A stretch of DNA of 62,052 nucleotides, filler included, from Candidatus Omnitrophota bacterium (GCA_043812495.1; 7 parts of 7 records of this genome joined end to end with filler, not necessarily neighbours in it), one strand, 5' to 3'; shown: positions 37,721-48,441, numbered from the whole stretch's first letter. A program made the numbers and translations. Notes: generated by a model not told the origin, from the sequence alone.

Positions 37721-38378
37721 TTAGTTTTGGGGGTATACCGATATCAGCTACAATGACTCGACCGGTGTATTTTGGGCCCTGGTTTCTTACAAAACCTTTT
37801 TTGCGACAGCTAAAAGTTATTGTCTTGGAAGCCTTTACGCAAACTCCGTAGACCTTTCCGGTTGTTCCGTCCAAGCCTGATGGAACATCCACGGAAACGA
37901 TCCTCTTTCCTGATTCATTCATGGCCAGAATAATGCTCTTAAACGGCTCTTCAATCTTCCGGTTAAGTCCGACCCCGAAAACCGCATCGACAATGACTTG
38001 AGATCGGTTAATCGCGTCCTTAAACTGACTATTCATCCGCTTTAATCGCCGCACAGATATTTTTAATTTCTTTAAGATTTGATAATTAACGGCCGTGTCT
38101 GTCTTGAGCTTCGCAGGATCCGCCATAAGAAATACATTAACTTTCATCCTCGCATAAGAAAGGTACCGCGCCACGACAAATCCGTCGCCGGCATTATTGC
38201 CAAGTCCGCAAACGATCGAGACAATAGATTTTTCCGGATTCTTGAGGTCACGCAGAATCTCCTTAGCGACTGATCGACCCGCATTCTCCATTAATATTAG
38301 AGACGGGACTCCATATTTTTCAATAGCTAGTCGATCAAGTTGCTGAACTTGTTTAACGGTAACGTATTTCGTAGTCAT
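37707..38378 (-). CDS. nnrE: NAD(P)H-hydrate epimerase (YjeF N-terminal domain)
   Basis: LMENAG, CGLGNNAGDG, DAVFGVG, DVPSG. Confidence 0.92.
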   Translation of the reverse strand: MTTKYVTVKQVQQLDRLAIEKYGVPSLILMENAGRSVAKEILRDLKNPEKSIVSIVCGLGNNAGDGFVVARYLSYARMKVNVFLMADPAKLKTDTAVNYQILKKLKISVRRLKRMNSQFKDAINRSQVIVDAVFGVGLNRKIEEPFKSIILAMNESGKRIVSVDVPSGLDGTTGKVYGVCVKASKTITFSCRKKGFVRNQGPKYTGRVIVADIGIPPKLIESV

Positions 38379-38526
38379 TATTAATAAACTTGAACCTGCC
38401 CGCCTCGTCCCGCCAATCCACCTTCGNNNNNNNNNNNNNNNNNNNNNNNNNNNNNNNNNNNNNNNNNNNNTTAATTAATTAANNNNNNNNNNNNNNNNNN
38501 NNNNNNNNNNNNNNNNNNNNNNNNNN

Positions 38527-38645
38527 GCCCAGGCTAAACGTTCCAGTGGGTGAATTGCCCGTTCGTTTTTAAAAATCAGAGCGATGATCAAATATCCGAG
38601 AAATAGCGGCACGATTATGCTAATAAGCAGTTGGATATAAATCAT
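38527..38645 (-). CDS. Membrane protein N-terminal fragment (contig end)
   Basis: ATGA overlap with the upstream gene; MIYIQLLISIIVPLFLGYLIIALIF... Confidence 0.55.
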
Positions 38646-39613
38646 ATTTTCTTCAGGATATATTCCCCTTCTTTGAATTTGGCAAATAGGACATAATTAC
38701 CCCCGGTAATCTTGTCAACCTCCTGATGAAAAACCAGTAAATATTCGGGGGATTCTGTTGTCCGATGAGGATAAAGAAAATATGCCAGTTTGCCGAAAAA
38801 ATATGGGCCAGGAGTAACGAAGCCGATGATTGATCTTGCCGGCAATTCTTTTTCACAAAAAGCGGCAAATTCAACTATCCCGTTGCCGGTTGTAAGACTT
38901 CTTTTTTCTTGCAGAGTTTTTCCCCATAGCAAATCTTTGTCAGTCGCGGCTAAGCGGTAATGATCGTACCACATCCTAACCTCAAGCAGGATGATTAAAA
39001 CGACAATCACCCCCAGGAGCGGTCTGATGACATTGATATTCCTCTTTTTTATACTAAGAAAGAGAAAAGAGACCCCGATTATTAAATATGCATAATAATT
39101 GACCTGTTTGCCTTGAATGGTTGGTCCTTTAATAACGTTTACTGTCAATCCCTTAATAGTTTCAAGTTGCATAAATTCTTGCCAGCCGGAACTAATTCTC
39201 GTTAAAAGATTAGCTTTGGCAACTTTGGCGTCAAGGATCTTCGGCGGTCCAATAGCAGGATCAGCAACCAATAAGAGTCGTTGAATTTGGCCCAGCCAGT
39301 ATTTATTCCGGGCGGACATGTTTAAATAATATGTTTTTACCCCTTTATGGACCGGAAAAGATACTGCTTGGGCTTGGCTGAGCATAGAATTGTATGAGGT
39401 GAGAAAAAAAACAGTTGCCGTGGAATTATCGTTAGCTTCGATTTGTAAGCGCAAAAGATTATTGTCATCGGCCATGAAGCCTAATGGTTGACTAACAAAT
39501 TGCCTGATATTCGCTGTGGGGTGGAAATCAATTTGATAATCATCAGCTAAACAAGCAGATGAAAAACCAACAACAAAGGCCAGCAGGGCTAGCAATACGA
39601 CCTTGCCCTTCAT
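38642..39613 (-). CDS. Hypothetical membrane protein with signal peptide
   Basis: 323-aa ORF, signal peptide and two TM helices. Confidence 0.7.
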   Translation of the reverse strand: MKGKVVLLALLAFVVGFSSACLADDYQIDFHPTANIRQFVSQPLGFMADDNNLLRLQIEANDNSTATVFFLTSYNSMLSQAQAVSFPVHKGVKTYYLNMSARNKYWLGQIQRLLLVADPAIGPPKILDAKVAKANLLTRISSGWQEFMQLETIKGLTVNVIKGPTIQGKQVNYYAYLIIGVSFLFLSIKKRNINVIRPLLGVIVVLIILLEVRMWYDHYRLAATDKDLLWGKTLQEKRSLTTGNGIVEFAAFCEKELPARSIIGFVTPGPYFFGKLAYFLYPHRTTESPEYLLVFHQEVDKITGGNYVLFAKFKEGEYILKKI

Positions 39614-39619
39614 ATATGA

Positions 39620-40912
39620 CTAGAGTCCAAGCCTCTTGAAAATCCCCTGAACATTGCGCAAATAGTGTTTGATATCAAAAACTTTCTCAACTTCTTCTTT
39701 TGTTAGTTTACTCATTGCTTCTTTGGAACTTAAAATCAATTCCTTGAGATGCTTACCCGTTGTTCTAGCTGTCATCGCTGCCCCTTGAACGATTTCATAA
39801 GCTTTTTCGCGGGTTAAGCCCTTCTCTACCAAAGAAATTAATAATTTTTGAGAAAAAGTCATCCCTCTGGATAGTTCAATATTTTGTTTCATCCGTTCTG
39901 GGAAGACAACTAGATTATCGATAATATAACTCATTTTTTGGAGCATATAATCGACCAGAATTGCAGAATCCGGGACTATAATTCGCTCAGTTGAAGAATG
40001 ACTGATATCTCTTTCATGCCAAAGCGCAATGTTTTCCGTAGAAACCAGCGCGTTAGCCCTGACAACCCTGGCTAAACCGCAGACCCGTTCACAGGTAATC
40101 GGATTTTTCTTGTGCGGCATAGCGGAAGAGCCTTTTTGTCCCTTTTTGAACGGCTCTTCAACTTCGCCGATCTCTGTTTTTTGCAAACCGCGAATTTCTA
40201 GCGCAATCTTTTCTAAGGTTGCGGCGACAATTGCCAGGGTCGACATATATTCGGCATGCCGATCGCGTTGAATAACCTGGTTTGATACTTCTGCCGGCTT
40301 CAGATTGAGAGCTTTGCAGGTTAAAATCTCAACTTTGGGGTCTAAATTGGAATAAGTTCCGACCGCACCGGAGATTTGGCCGACATTGATTGTCTCCCGG
40401 GCTCTTTCGACTCGGACTTTATTCCGTTCCATCTCTTTCAGCCAGAGAGCGAACTTTAAGCCGAGCGTCATCGGTTCGGCATGGACCCCGTGCGAGCGGC
40501 CCATCATCACCACGTCGGCATATTTCTTGGCCATTTTACGCAAGATCTTGATGAAGTCGGTAATATCTTCGAGAATAATATCAGCGGCATCTCTCATCAT
40601 TAGAGATAACGATGTATCAACGACATCGGATGAAGTTAAGCCCATATGGATAAAGCGGCCATCGTTACCGACTTTCTCGTTAACTGCGGTCAGAAAGGCA
40701 ATGACATCATGATCAACTTTTTTCTCAATCTCATTGATCCGATTTAAGGAAAAACCGGCCTTTTTTTGAATGTTTTTTAGTGCTCCCGACGGAATTTTGC
40801 CGAGCTTATTCCACGCTTCACAAGCGGCGATCTCAACTGCCAACCAGGTCTTAAATTTATGTTCCTCCGACCAAATTTCTCCCATCCTTGATAACGTATA
40901 TCTGTCAATCAT
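39620..40912 (-). CDS. purB: Adenylosuccinate lyase
   Basis: MIDRY, HDVIAF, GSSAMPHKKNP, ERDISHSS. Confidence 0.97.
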   Translation of the reverse strand: MIDRYTLSRMGEIWSEEHKFKTWLAVEIAACEAWNKLGKIPSGALKNIQKKAGFSLNRINEIEKKVDHDVIAFLTAVNEKVGNDGRFIHMGLTSSDVVDTSLSLMMRDAADIILEDITDFIKILRKMAKKYADVVMMGRSHGVHAEPMTLGLKFALWLKEMERNKVRVERARETINVGQISGAVGTYSNLDPKVEILTCKALNLKPAEVSNQVIQRDRHAEYMSTLAIVAATLEKIALEIRGLQKTEIGEVEEPFKKGQKGSSAMPHKKNPITCERVCGLARVVRANALVSTENIALWHERDISHSSTERIIVPDSAILVDYMLQKMSYIIDNLVVFPERMKQNIELSRGMTFSQKLLISLVEKGLTREKAYEIVQGAAMTARTTGKHLKELILSSKEAMSKLTKEEVEKVFDIKHYLRNVQGIFKRLGL

Positions 40913-41135
40913 TTTTGTTTCTCCTTGTTTGGACAGGGCTTGTCCCTGTCCGTAAATTGCGGACNNNNNNNNNNNNNNNNNNNNNNNNNNNNNNNNNNNN
41001 NNNNNNNNTTAATTAATTAANNNNNNNNNNNNNNNNNNNNNNNNNNNNNNNNNNNNNNNNNNNNAAGAAAAAAGCTCCAAAGACCAAAAAAACTGTTAAT
41101 TTGTAAGTGGAAACAAACAAAAAACAGGAGGTCAT

Positions 41136-41210
41136 ATGGAGCTAAAGCATTCTAACACTAAAAAGAAGAAACACACACATTTAAAAGAATCCGAGCGGTA
41201 CAAGAAATAG
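41136..41210 (+). pseudogene. Possible IS30-family transposase N-terminal remnant
   Basis: AGGAGG SD, then MELKHSNTKKKKHTHLKESERYKK*, resembling the IS30 N-terminal HLxxxER motif. Confidence 0.4.
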
Positions 41211-41230
41211 TTATCTTTGTGTTTGTTTTT

Positions 41231-41367
41231 ACCCCGCACCTTTTTTGATTAAGATTATTAAAATCGTATGTTTTAAATGATTGAATAATTAAAGGTGCGG
41301 GGTTAATTCGGCCAGCGACTTACGCTTAGCCGACTTTGTCGGCACGCGTAAGTCACGGCCTCATTAA
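41231..41367. repeat. Composite palindromic repeat, copy D
   Basis: ACCCCGCACCTT..AAGGTGCGGGGT followed by TAATTCGGCC...GGCCTCATTAA. Confidence 0.75.
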
Positions 41368-41397
41368 AAAAACGGGGAAAGGCTGGGGCCTTTCCCC
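41366..41397 (-). terminator. Intrinsic terminator downstream of the rlpA-like gene
   Basis: GGGGAAAGGC-loop-GCCTTTCCCC followed by T7 on the minus strand. Confidence 0.7.
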
Positions 41398-41507
41398 TTG
41401 TGCGGGATCACTGGTTGCGGGAAGAATCAATCTATTAAAACAAGAACTTGTAAATCTATTTAAATTTTATCCCAGATAAGAACGCAAAACAAGGATTTTT
41501 TGAATAA

Positions 41508-41909
41508 TTATAGAAACTCTATCTCAACGCGGATTATGCCTTTTTTAAGGCCGCCTATTTGACGAAAGGCTTCTTTGGTAAGATCAATGACGCGGCCTTT
41601 ACGGACATAGCGGTGGTGGGGTCCGCGGTCATTCACGCGGACGATAATCGATTTTCCGTTCTCGAGGTTTGTGACTTTGACGTGACGGCCAAACGCAATG
41701 CCCCACATCGCGCACGTAAGATCCTGGTCGTTGAAAATCTCGTTACTGGCTGTTCGTCGTTTGATGCCTGGAGAACGACGCGAATACCAGGAAGCTGTTC
41801 CCGTTTTCGAATAGCTAATGCTGGGCGAAGCCGTAACTTCCAGGTCTCTTTCGCGAAGAAAAAGGCCAGCGGCAATAGCGAGGATAATAATAAAGATTAA
41901 TTTTTTCAT
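41508..41909 (-). CDS. rlpA: RlpA-family DPBB lytic transglycosylase
   Basis: GTASWY, TASNE.F, VRVNDRGP, IDLT. Confidence 0.85.
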   Translation of the reverse strand: MKKLIFIIILAIAAGLFLRERDLEVTASPSISYSKTGTASWYSRRSPGIKRRTASNEIFNDQDLTCAMWGIAFGRHVKVTNLENGKSIIVRVNDRGPHHRYVRKGRVIDLTKEAFRQIGGLKKGIIRVEIEFL

Positions 41910-42076
41910 AAAAAAATAAACTTAAACAAAAGATAACATACGTTGGTGGAGAATGCAAGAAAAAGTTTTCGAGCGGAAGCTTGTAACTATATGGAATATA
42001 GCTAGTTAAATAATATCCAAACGCTTAGGAATGTAGTTCAAGGTAATTTTTCGAAAGGGAGGATGATTGCGGAAAA

Positions 42077-42526
42077 TCAATGGAATTCCGCATCCTCATA
42101 ATCATCATCATGATATTGAGATCGTCGCTTATGATGATTAGAATACGCGGTAATTTGGCCATCGCGCATCAAGGCCGTAATTTTTTTCTTAGCCCAGAAC
42201 TTAAGAAGAACGCGGGTAAATGGAATAAGGAGAAGAAATCCCAGAAGGTCTGTGATGAAGCCGGGTGTCAACAAAAGAACACCGCCGCAAAAGACCATAA
42301 AGCCTTCGAGCATCTCTTCTGTGGGCATTTGACCCTGAGCCAGGCTTTCATTTATCTTGCGGACGATAAGAAATCCTTGGAGCCGTGCCAAATGAGCCCC
42401 CCAAACACCCGTTAGGATAATTAAGAGAACCGTATTGAAGGCGCCGATATACGTTCCGACCTTGATTAACAGCATCAGCTCAACGGCCGGGACAATTGTG
42501 AAAAGTAGAAAAAGGTATGCAAACAT
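42077..42526 (-). CDS. fxsA: FxsA-family membrane protein
   Basis: VPAVEL, GGVLLLTPGFITDLLG. Confidence 0.9.
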   Translation of the reverse strand: MFAYLFLLFTIVPAVELMLLIKVGTYIGAFNTVLLIILTGVWGAHLARLQGFLIVRKINESLAQGQMPTEEMLEGFMVFCGGVLLLTPGFITDLLGFLLLIPFTRVLLKFWAKKKITALMRDGQITAYSNHHKRRSQYHDDDYEDAEFH

Positions 42527-42543
42527 AATGGTAAGCTTAAATT

Positions 42544-42894
42544 TTATCTCTTGGCAAAGGCCTTGACCGTAACCGATTTCGCATCTCGTAGGGCATTGGG
42601 TTTTTCGGCGGATACGGTGGCTTCGTGTACCATTTTGTTCTCCATGACAATGCTTAAAACAAAATCCACTAATTTTTCAAGCAGGAAAAATTGAGAGTTC
42701 TCCGCCCTCTTGGTAATTTCTTCAGAGAGCATGCGATAATCCAGAGCTTGATTCAGGTCATCCGCCATGATGGCATTAACCGCGTCATATTTGAGTTCAA
42801 TATTAAGAATAATCGTTTGCTTGCGGGTCCTCTCTTCCTGGTCCGCGCCGATAAATAAATTGACTTTTAAATCATTGATGGTGATGGAAAGCAT
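42544..42894 (-). CDS. Dihydroneopterin aldolase/epimerase (FolB/FolX family)
   Basis: FIG...EER..KQ, LDY, FLLEKL, KPNALR. Confidence 0.88.
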   Translation of the reverse strand: MLSITINDLKVNLFIGADQEERTRKQTIILNIELKYDAVNAIMADDLNQALDYRMLSEEITKRAENSQFFLLEKLVDFVLSIVMENKMVHEATVSAEKPNALRDAKSVTVKAFAKR

Positions 42895-42930
42895 AACTTT
42901 TCTGTAAAACTTGATTAAGCCAGGTGTCTG

Positions 42931-43470
42931 TTATTTGATCAGACTCAAAAACTCGGCGCGCGTAGCACTGTTGCGGCGAAAGGCGCCCAGCATGCAGGAG
43001 GTTTTCATGACAGAATTTTGTTTTTCGGCACCGCGCATCATCATGCAAAGATGCTTGGCTTCTATGACAACGGCAACACCTTTAGCATTAATCGCATTCT
43101 TAATCGTTTCGGCGATTTGCCTGGTGAGGTTTTCCTGGATTTGCAATCTCCGGGCGTACAAATCGACAATCCTGGCGATTTTGGATAAGCCGATGATTTT
43201 CTTGTTCGGTAAATATCCTACGTGACACTTACCGAAAAAAGGCAATAAATGATGCTCGCACAGGGAATAAAGCTCGATATCCTGGACAATGATCATCTCA
43301 TCGTAATCTGTATCAAATACAGCGCCGTTAAGAAGCTGTTTGATGTCTTGCGAATATCCGCGTGTCAGATACTTGATGGCTTGCGCCGCTCGCTGAGGCG
43401 TTTTCTTGAGTCCTTGGCGGTTGACGTTCTCGCCGATTGCTTTCAATATTTTTTTGTAGGCATCTTCCAT
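42931..43470 (-). CDS. folE: GTP cyclohydrolase I
   Basis: [29 protein letters not shown] 43470 chosen as start. Confidence 0.95.
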   Translation of the reverse strand: MEDAYKKILKAIGENVNRQGLKKTPQRAAQAIKYLTRGYSQDIKQLLNGAVFDTDYDEMIIVQDIELYSLCEHHLLPFFGKCHVGYLPNKKIIGLSKIARIVDLYARRLQIQENLTRQIAETIKNAINAKGVAVVIEAKHLCMMMRGAEKQNSVMKTSCMLGAFRRNSATRAEFLSLIK

Positions 43471-43612
43471 GGTATAAATCCCGTATGATTTGCTCAATTA
43501 GAATAGGGCAATGATAGCATAGACGATTATCTGTGTCAAACACCGCGATCCTGACTTTTTGGTTTGAAAGGTCTATTGTTTGCCCATCGATTATGCTATA
43601 ATTAGCACTCAA

Positions 43613-44413
43613 ATGATTATTCCATTGGTTGATTATCATATCCACACGCCCCTTTGCGGCCATGCCAAAGGCGACCCAGAAGAATATGTCAAAAGGGCCA
43701 TGGCCCTTGGCTTAAGAGAAATTGGGTTCTCGGACCACGCTCCCTTAGTCTCTCATGATGACCCGTCGATCACCATGAGCATGGACCAGTTGCCGGATTA
43801 TCATCGCATGGTGGAAGATTTGCAAAAAAGATTTCCCGATTTTACGATCCGCCTAGGGATTGAAGCGGATTTTATCAAGGGCTTCGAGGCTCAAACAAAG
43901 GCCATTTTAGAGGGATACCCTTACGATTATGTCATCGGCTCTGTTCACTATTTAGACCGATGGGCTTTTGATAATCCGGACGAACGTCAGAAATGGGATG
44001 ACAAAGACGTGGATGAAGTGTATTGTGGATATTTTGATTTACTTCGTCGATCGGCACAATCAGGGCTCTTTGATATTATTGGGCACGTCGATTTGGTTAA
44101 GAAATTCGGCCACCGTCCGACAAAAAATCTAGATGAGGAAATAAAGAAGACGGCTCGTGTCTTTGAAGAAACAGGCATGGTCATCGAAATCAATACCGCG
44201 GGCCTGCGAAAACCCGTTAAAGAGATCTACCCTTCTCTCAATGATCTCTCCAGCTATTGCGAGGCCGGTGTCCCGATTACATTCGGCTCCGACAGCCACG
44301 ACCCTTCCCAGGTCGCGCAGGACTTCGACAAGGCGGCGCGGTTGGCCAAAGAAGCGGGGTATGCGGATTACCTGCTGTTTGAACGACGGAGGACCAAGCG
44401 CGCTGTTTTATGA
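43613..44413 (+). CDS. Histidinol-phosphatase, PHP/HisJ family
   Basis: DYHIHT..CGHA, SDHAP, IGSVH, GSDSH. Confidence 0.88.
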   Translation: MIIPLVDYHIHTPLCGHAKGDPEEYVKRAMALGLREIGFSDHAPLVSHDDPSITMSMDQLPDYHRMVEDLQKRFPDFTIRLGIEADFIKGFEAQTKAILEGYPYDYVIGSVHYLDRWAFDNPDERQKWDDKDVDEVYCGYFDLLRRSAQSGLFDIIGHVDLVKKFGHRPTKNLDEEIKKTARVFEETGMVIEINTAGLRKPVKEIYPSLNDLSSYCEAGVPITFGSDSHDPSQVAQDFDKAARLAKEAGYADYLLFERRRTKRAVL

Positions 44414-44974
44414 CGGACAGGCGTCGTTCTGTCGAAATTTTTTGTCATGTTCACTGCCGGCTGGATGCGCTGTGCGCGAATTTCTCGGATTGTTCCTATC
44501 GAATTCCCACCGCAACGGGTTATTCCGCATGTATTCCCGGATAGTATTTAATGATTTTTTATTACGAATAATGGAATCATAGAATGAACGTTGCCAATGG
44601 AATCGAATTTTTCGGCCCGATGCGTTTATTTTTTTTGATGAAAATGTTTTGAATCCACGGATAATTTCCGATAAAGAATGCCGCCGATATGTAGGGACAG
44701 GTTTGAAACCTGTCCCTACGTCATTTTTGATCATGACGATTCCATGGATATGATTGGGCATAATGATAAATTCATCCAACCCGCAATGATGGTAATGATT
44801 CGGCAAATCAAACCAACATGTCTGCGCAATGGCGCCGCAGGAATTTAGAATCATTTGGCTGTCAACAATTTTACCAAAACATTCTTCCCTATTCTGGGCG
44901 CAAACCGTTACAAAATAATACCCGGCCTGCGCATAATCATAATTTTTTAACCGATTTCGTTTGCGGTTCTTCAC
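44408..44974 (-). mobile_element. REP-associated tyrosine transposase (RAYT, IS200-like Y1 HUH)
   Basis: RLKNYDY...YFVTVC, MPNHIHGI (HUH), WQRSFYD.IIR, EYMRNNP. Confidence 0.88.
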
Positions 44975-46185
44975 AGGCGCTTCGTCTTGATGTAATTTTC
45001 AAGAATTCCGATGAATTTTTCTTTGATGCGGGGAGCTTTGAGCGTGCGTATCTTTTTACCGCCCCGGAAAACCACGGCCATAGGTTTTTCGCTTGAGCCC
45101 GGCAGGCTGATTCCGATATCGGCATGGCGGCTTTCACCGGGACCGTTCACTACGCATCCCATCACGGCAATCGTCAATTCTTCAATGCCGGGATATTTTT
45201 TTGTCCAGAAGGTCATTTTTATTTTTATATAACGACGGATGTCTTCGGCGAGTTTCTGGAAATAATCACTGTTGGTGCGGCCGCAACCGGGACAGCTTGT
45301 TACGGTTGGTTCAAAATAGCGCAAACCCATGGATTGCAAAAGCGCCCGGCAAACCTCCACTTCAGCGCTTCGCTTCGTGCCGGCCCCGGGCGTTAAAGAA
45401 ACACGAATGGTATCTCCAATTCCTTCCTGAAGAAGCACGGCTAAGGGGACGACGCTCGATGCGATTCCTTTTGTTCCCGCCCCTGCTTCGGTGAGCCCAA
45501 GATGCAAAACATAATCACATTTTTTAGCGAGAAGCCTGTTCACGGCAATTGTATCCTGTGCGTCAGACATTTTCACACTTAGCACAATCTGCGCTTTTTT
45601 TAGTCCGAGTTTTTGCGCGCGATTTGCAGATCCCAAGGCGCTTTGGACCATGGCCTGGTAAATGATTTCTTTATTCGGCTTTGGTTTCCTTAAGCGCGCA
45701 TTTTGATTCATGAGCTTTGTCAGGACGTCTTGATCTAAGGAGCCCCAATTCACGCCGATACGTATCGGCTTGTTGTTGTTTTTAGCAATCTTGATGATTT
45801 CGGTGAAAGGGTCTGTTCCTTTTTGTTCTTTTCCGACGTTGCCTGGATTAATGCGGTATTTGGCTAATGATTTGGCGGCCAAAGGGTATTTGCTTAATAA
45901 CACATGGCCGTTATAGTGAAAATCGCCGATGATGGGTACTCTCAAGCCGGTTCTACGCAACTGATTGATAATTTTTGGGACAGCTTGCATAGCCTTGTCG
46001 TGATTGATGGTGATGCGCACAAGCTCAGAGCCCGCACGGGCTAATTCTTTGATTTGACGAACAGTCGCCGGGATGTTATCCGTTGGCGTATTAGTCATGG
46101 ATTGGATGGCAATTGGATGACCGCTTCCCAGGCAGACATGTCCAATATGAACTGTTGGCGTCTTTCGTCTTTGAAGGATTCCCAT
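44971..46185 (-). CDS. ispG: HMBPP synthase
   Basis: QSMTNT, RINPGNV, RIGVNWGSL, SCPGCGR, MGCVVNGPGE. Confidence 0.96.
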   Translation of the reverse strand: MGILQRRKTPTVHIGHVCLGSGHPIAIQSMTNTPTDNIPATVRQIKELARAGSELVRITINHDKAMQAVPKIINQLRRTGLRVPIIGDFHYNGHVLLSKYPLAAKSLAKYRINPGNVGKEQKGTDPFTEIIKIAKNNNKPIRIGVNWGSLDQDVLTKLMNQNARLRKPKPNKEIIYQAMVQSALGSANRAQKLGLKKAQIVLSVKMSDAQDTIAVNRLLAKKCDYVLHLGLTEAGAGTKGIASSVVPLAVLLQEGIGDTIRVSLTPGAGTKRSAEVEVCRALLQSMGLRYFEPTVTSCPGCGRTNSDYFQKLAEDIRRYIKIKMTFWTKKYPGIEELTIAVMGCVVNGPGESRHADIGISLPGSSEKPMAVVFRGGKKIRTLKAPRIKEKFIGILENYIKTKRL

Positions 46186-46306
46186 TGTTTTGTATCTTCT
46201 TAAAGATAAAAGGTTTTACAATCAGAAGGTTAATGCTATAATTCAAAATTATAGTTTAGAACCGCGCGTTAATCAATTGAAATATTAATGTTGCGGCCTC
46301 ATTAAA

Positions 46307-47227
46307 ATGGAAATATATCTAGCCCATACTCAAGGTTTTTGCGCTGGCGTGGCGCGCGCGATCAATGTTCTTGAAAAGGCACTCAAAAAATACGGTGCAC
46401 CCCTCTATGCCTATCATGAAATAGTTCACAATACGGCCGTCGTGGAAGATTTTAAGAAGCGGGGAGTCCTCTTTGTCGAGAATATCAACGGGATTCCCGA
46501 TGGGTCCCACGTGGTCTTTAGCGCCCATGGTGTAAGTCCCGAAATTATCGCAAAAGCAAAAGAAAAGAAACTTCATGTCATTGACGCAACCTGTCTTTTG
46601 GTTGAGAAGGTGCATCGGGAAGCGAAGAAATTCTCAGAAAGAAATGTTCCGACGATATTGATCGGCCATCGTTATCATCAAGAAATTGTTGGAACATCAG
46701 GCTATGTTAAACCAGAGTTGCTTCATATCATTATCAGCGCGCAAGACATAGACAAACTCGACATTGACCCATCTCGTGAGGTTGGTTATCTGACGCAAAC
46801 GACCCTGTCTCTTGATGATACAGAGAACTTGATCCATGAATTAAAAAGCAAATTTCCCAAACTCATCGGGTCAACCAAAAAAGATATCTGTTACGCGACA
46901 CAAAATCGTCAGGATGCGATTAAGGAAATGGCTAAGATCTGCGATCTCATCATTATTTGCGGATCCCCCAACAGTTCAAACAGCAATCGTCTGCGAGAAA
47001 TTGGAGAAAAAAGGAATATCCCCAGCACTCTTGTGGACAGGGCCAAGGATTTTGACCTGAAACTTCTAGAAGGGAAGAATAAGATTGGGATCAGCTCCGG
47101 GGCCTCTGTCCCAAAGTTTATTGTCGATGAACTGATCGAAAAGATCAAAAGCCAATATCCTGATGTTGTTATTCACGTAAAGGAAAGTCCTGAGAAGAAA
47201 ATTGTCTTTCCTCTTCCATCCATTTAA
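46307..47227 (+). CDS. ispH: HMBPP reductase
   Basis: GFCAGV, IVHN, SAHG, DATC, ICYATQNRQ, SSNS. Confidence 0.96.
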   Translation: MEIYLAHTQGFCAGVARAINVLEKALKKYGAPLYAYHEIVHNTAVVEDFKKRGVLFVENINGIPDGSHVVFSAHGVSPEIIAKAKEKKLHVIDATCLLVEKVHREAKKFSERNVPTILIGHRYHQEIVGTSGYVKPELLHIIISAQDIDKLDIDPSREVGYLTQTTLSLDDTENLIHELKSKFPKLIGSTKKDICYATQNRQDAIKEMAKICDLIIICGSPNSSNSNRLREIGEKRNIPSTLVDRAKDFDLKLLEGKNKIGISSGASVPKFIVDELIEKIKSQYPDVVIHVKESPEKKIVFPLPSI

Positions 47228-47242
47228 AAACGAAGTGTCCCT

Positions 47243-47497
47243 ATGGCAAAATTAATTGTTAATGACGTAGAATATTACATCAATGATGGTTCAGCAATTG
47301 CGGAAACCTGTGCCGATGCGGGAGTCCCTTTTAATTGCAATACCGGAGTTTGCGGAAGTTGTGCGATCAGAATCCTGAGCGGTCAGGAGAATCTAAGCGC
47401 CTTGACCCAGGAAGAAAAAGATTTGAACCTGAATAAAGATATTCGCCTGGCTTGCCAATGCGCTATCAAAAGTGGTACGGTCAAGGCAGCCTTTTAA
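47243..47497 (+). CDS. [2Fe-2S] ferredoxin
   Basis: CNTGVCGSC...RLACQ. Confidence 0.9.
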   Translation: MAKLIVNDVEYYINDGSAIAETCADAGVPFNCNTGVCGSCAIRILSGQENLSALTQEEKDLNLNKDIRLACQCAIKSGTVKAAF

Positions 47498-47503
47498 ATA
47501 GAT

Positions 47504-47887
47504 ATGGCCTTTTTTATTTCCAAGAAACCATTAGAAAAAATGAAACTTCACGATGCGCTGCGCTCGCCCAAAGCCGGAGCCTTTGTTTCCTTTGAGGGTC
47601 GGGTGCGCAAATACAGCAAAAACCACAGAGTCAAAGTCTTGGAATACAAAACCATTGGTCTGCAAACCAAGACTGAAGGACAAAAGATTTGTCGCGAAGC
47701 GAAAGAAAAATTTGATATCATAAAAATAAGATGTTATCAGCGCGTCGGCCGGTTGAAAATCGGCGAGAAAATAGTTTGGATTGGCGTTCTCGCCGCGCAT
47801 CGGCAAGAGGCGTTTAAGAGCTGCCGTTATGCCCTGGAACAAATGAAAAAACGGCTTCCGATCATGAAGAAGGAATATTATGCCTAA
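47504..47887 (+). CDS. moaE: Molybdopterin synthase catalytic subunit
   Basis: GAFVSFEGRVR, HRQEAF, PIMKKE. Confidence 0.85.
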   Translation: MAFFISKKPLEKMKLHDALRSPKAGAFVSFEGRVRKYSKNHRVKVLEYKTIGLQTKTEGQKICREAKEKFDIIKIRCYQRVGRLKIGEKIVWIGVLAAHRQEAFKSCRYALEQMKKRLPIMKKEYYA

Positions 47888-48431
47888 GCGCAAAGAAGGC
47901 ACGCGAAGCATTGTGACAAAAAAGGGCGATCAGGGATTCAGTTATTTATTGAGCGGAAAACGTGTTTCTAAGGACTCTCCTATTCTGGAGACCTTCGGTG
48001 ATGTTGATGAGTTAAGCAGTATTTTGGCTGTCGCGCGTTGTCAAATGACAAAAACGGAATATCAAAAGGATTTATTTGATATCCAGAGGGTTCTTGGCAT
48101 GGCTTGTGCGGAACTGGCCGCTACCTCTTCTCATGTCCACAAATTAAAGAAGCGAATCAATGAACGGATGGCGAAGGCCTTAGAAAAAAAGTGTCATGCC
48201 CTTGAAGCGAGAAACAAAAAATGGAAGTGCTTTGTCACGCCGGGAAGCTCGTTGTGTTCAGCTTATCTGGATCATGCCCGGACCGTGGCGCGGCGCTGCG
48301 AGCGCAAAATCGTCACGCTAGCCAAATGTAAGCTCGTCACAAATCCGCATCTTCTGGTTTGGTTCAACCGCTTGTCCGATTACCTGTATTTATTGTCAAG
48401 ATCGCAGGACAAGAACCCGAAGAAATTATGA
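47880..48431 (+). CDS. PduO-type cob(I)alamin adenosyltransferase
   Basis: TKKGDQG, GDVDEL, RTVARRCER, NRLSDYL. Confidence 0.9.
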   Translation: MPKRKEGTRSIVTKKGDQGFSYLLSGKRVSKDSPILETFGDVDELSSILAVARCQMTKTEYQKDLFDIQRVLGMACAELAATSSHVHKLKKRINERMAKALEKKCHALEARNKKWKCFVTPGSSLCSAYLDHARTVARRCERKIVTLAKCKLVTNPHLLVWFNRLSDYLYLLSRSQDKNPKKL

Positions 48432-48441
48432 GGAGTAGAAC

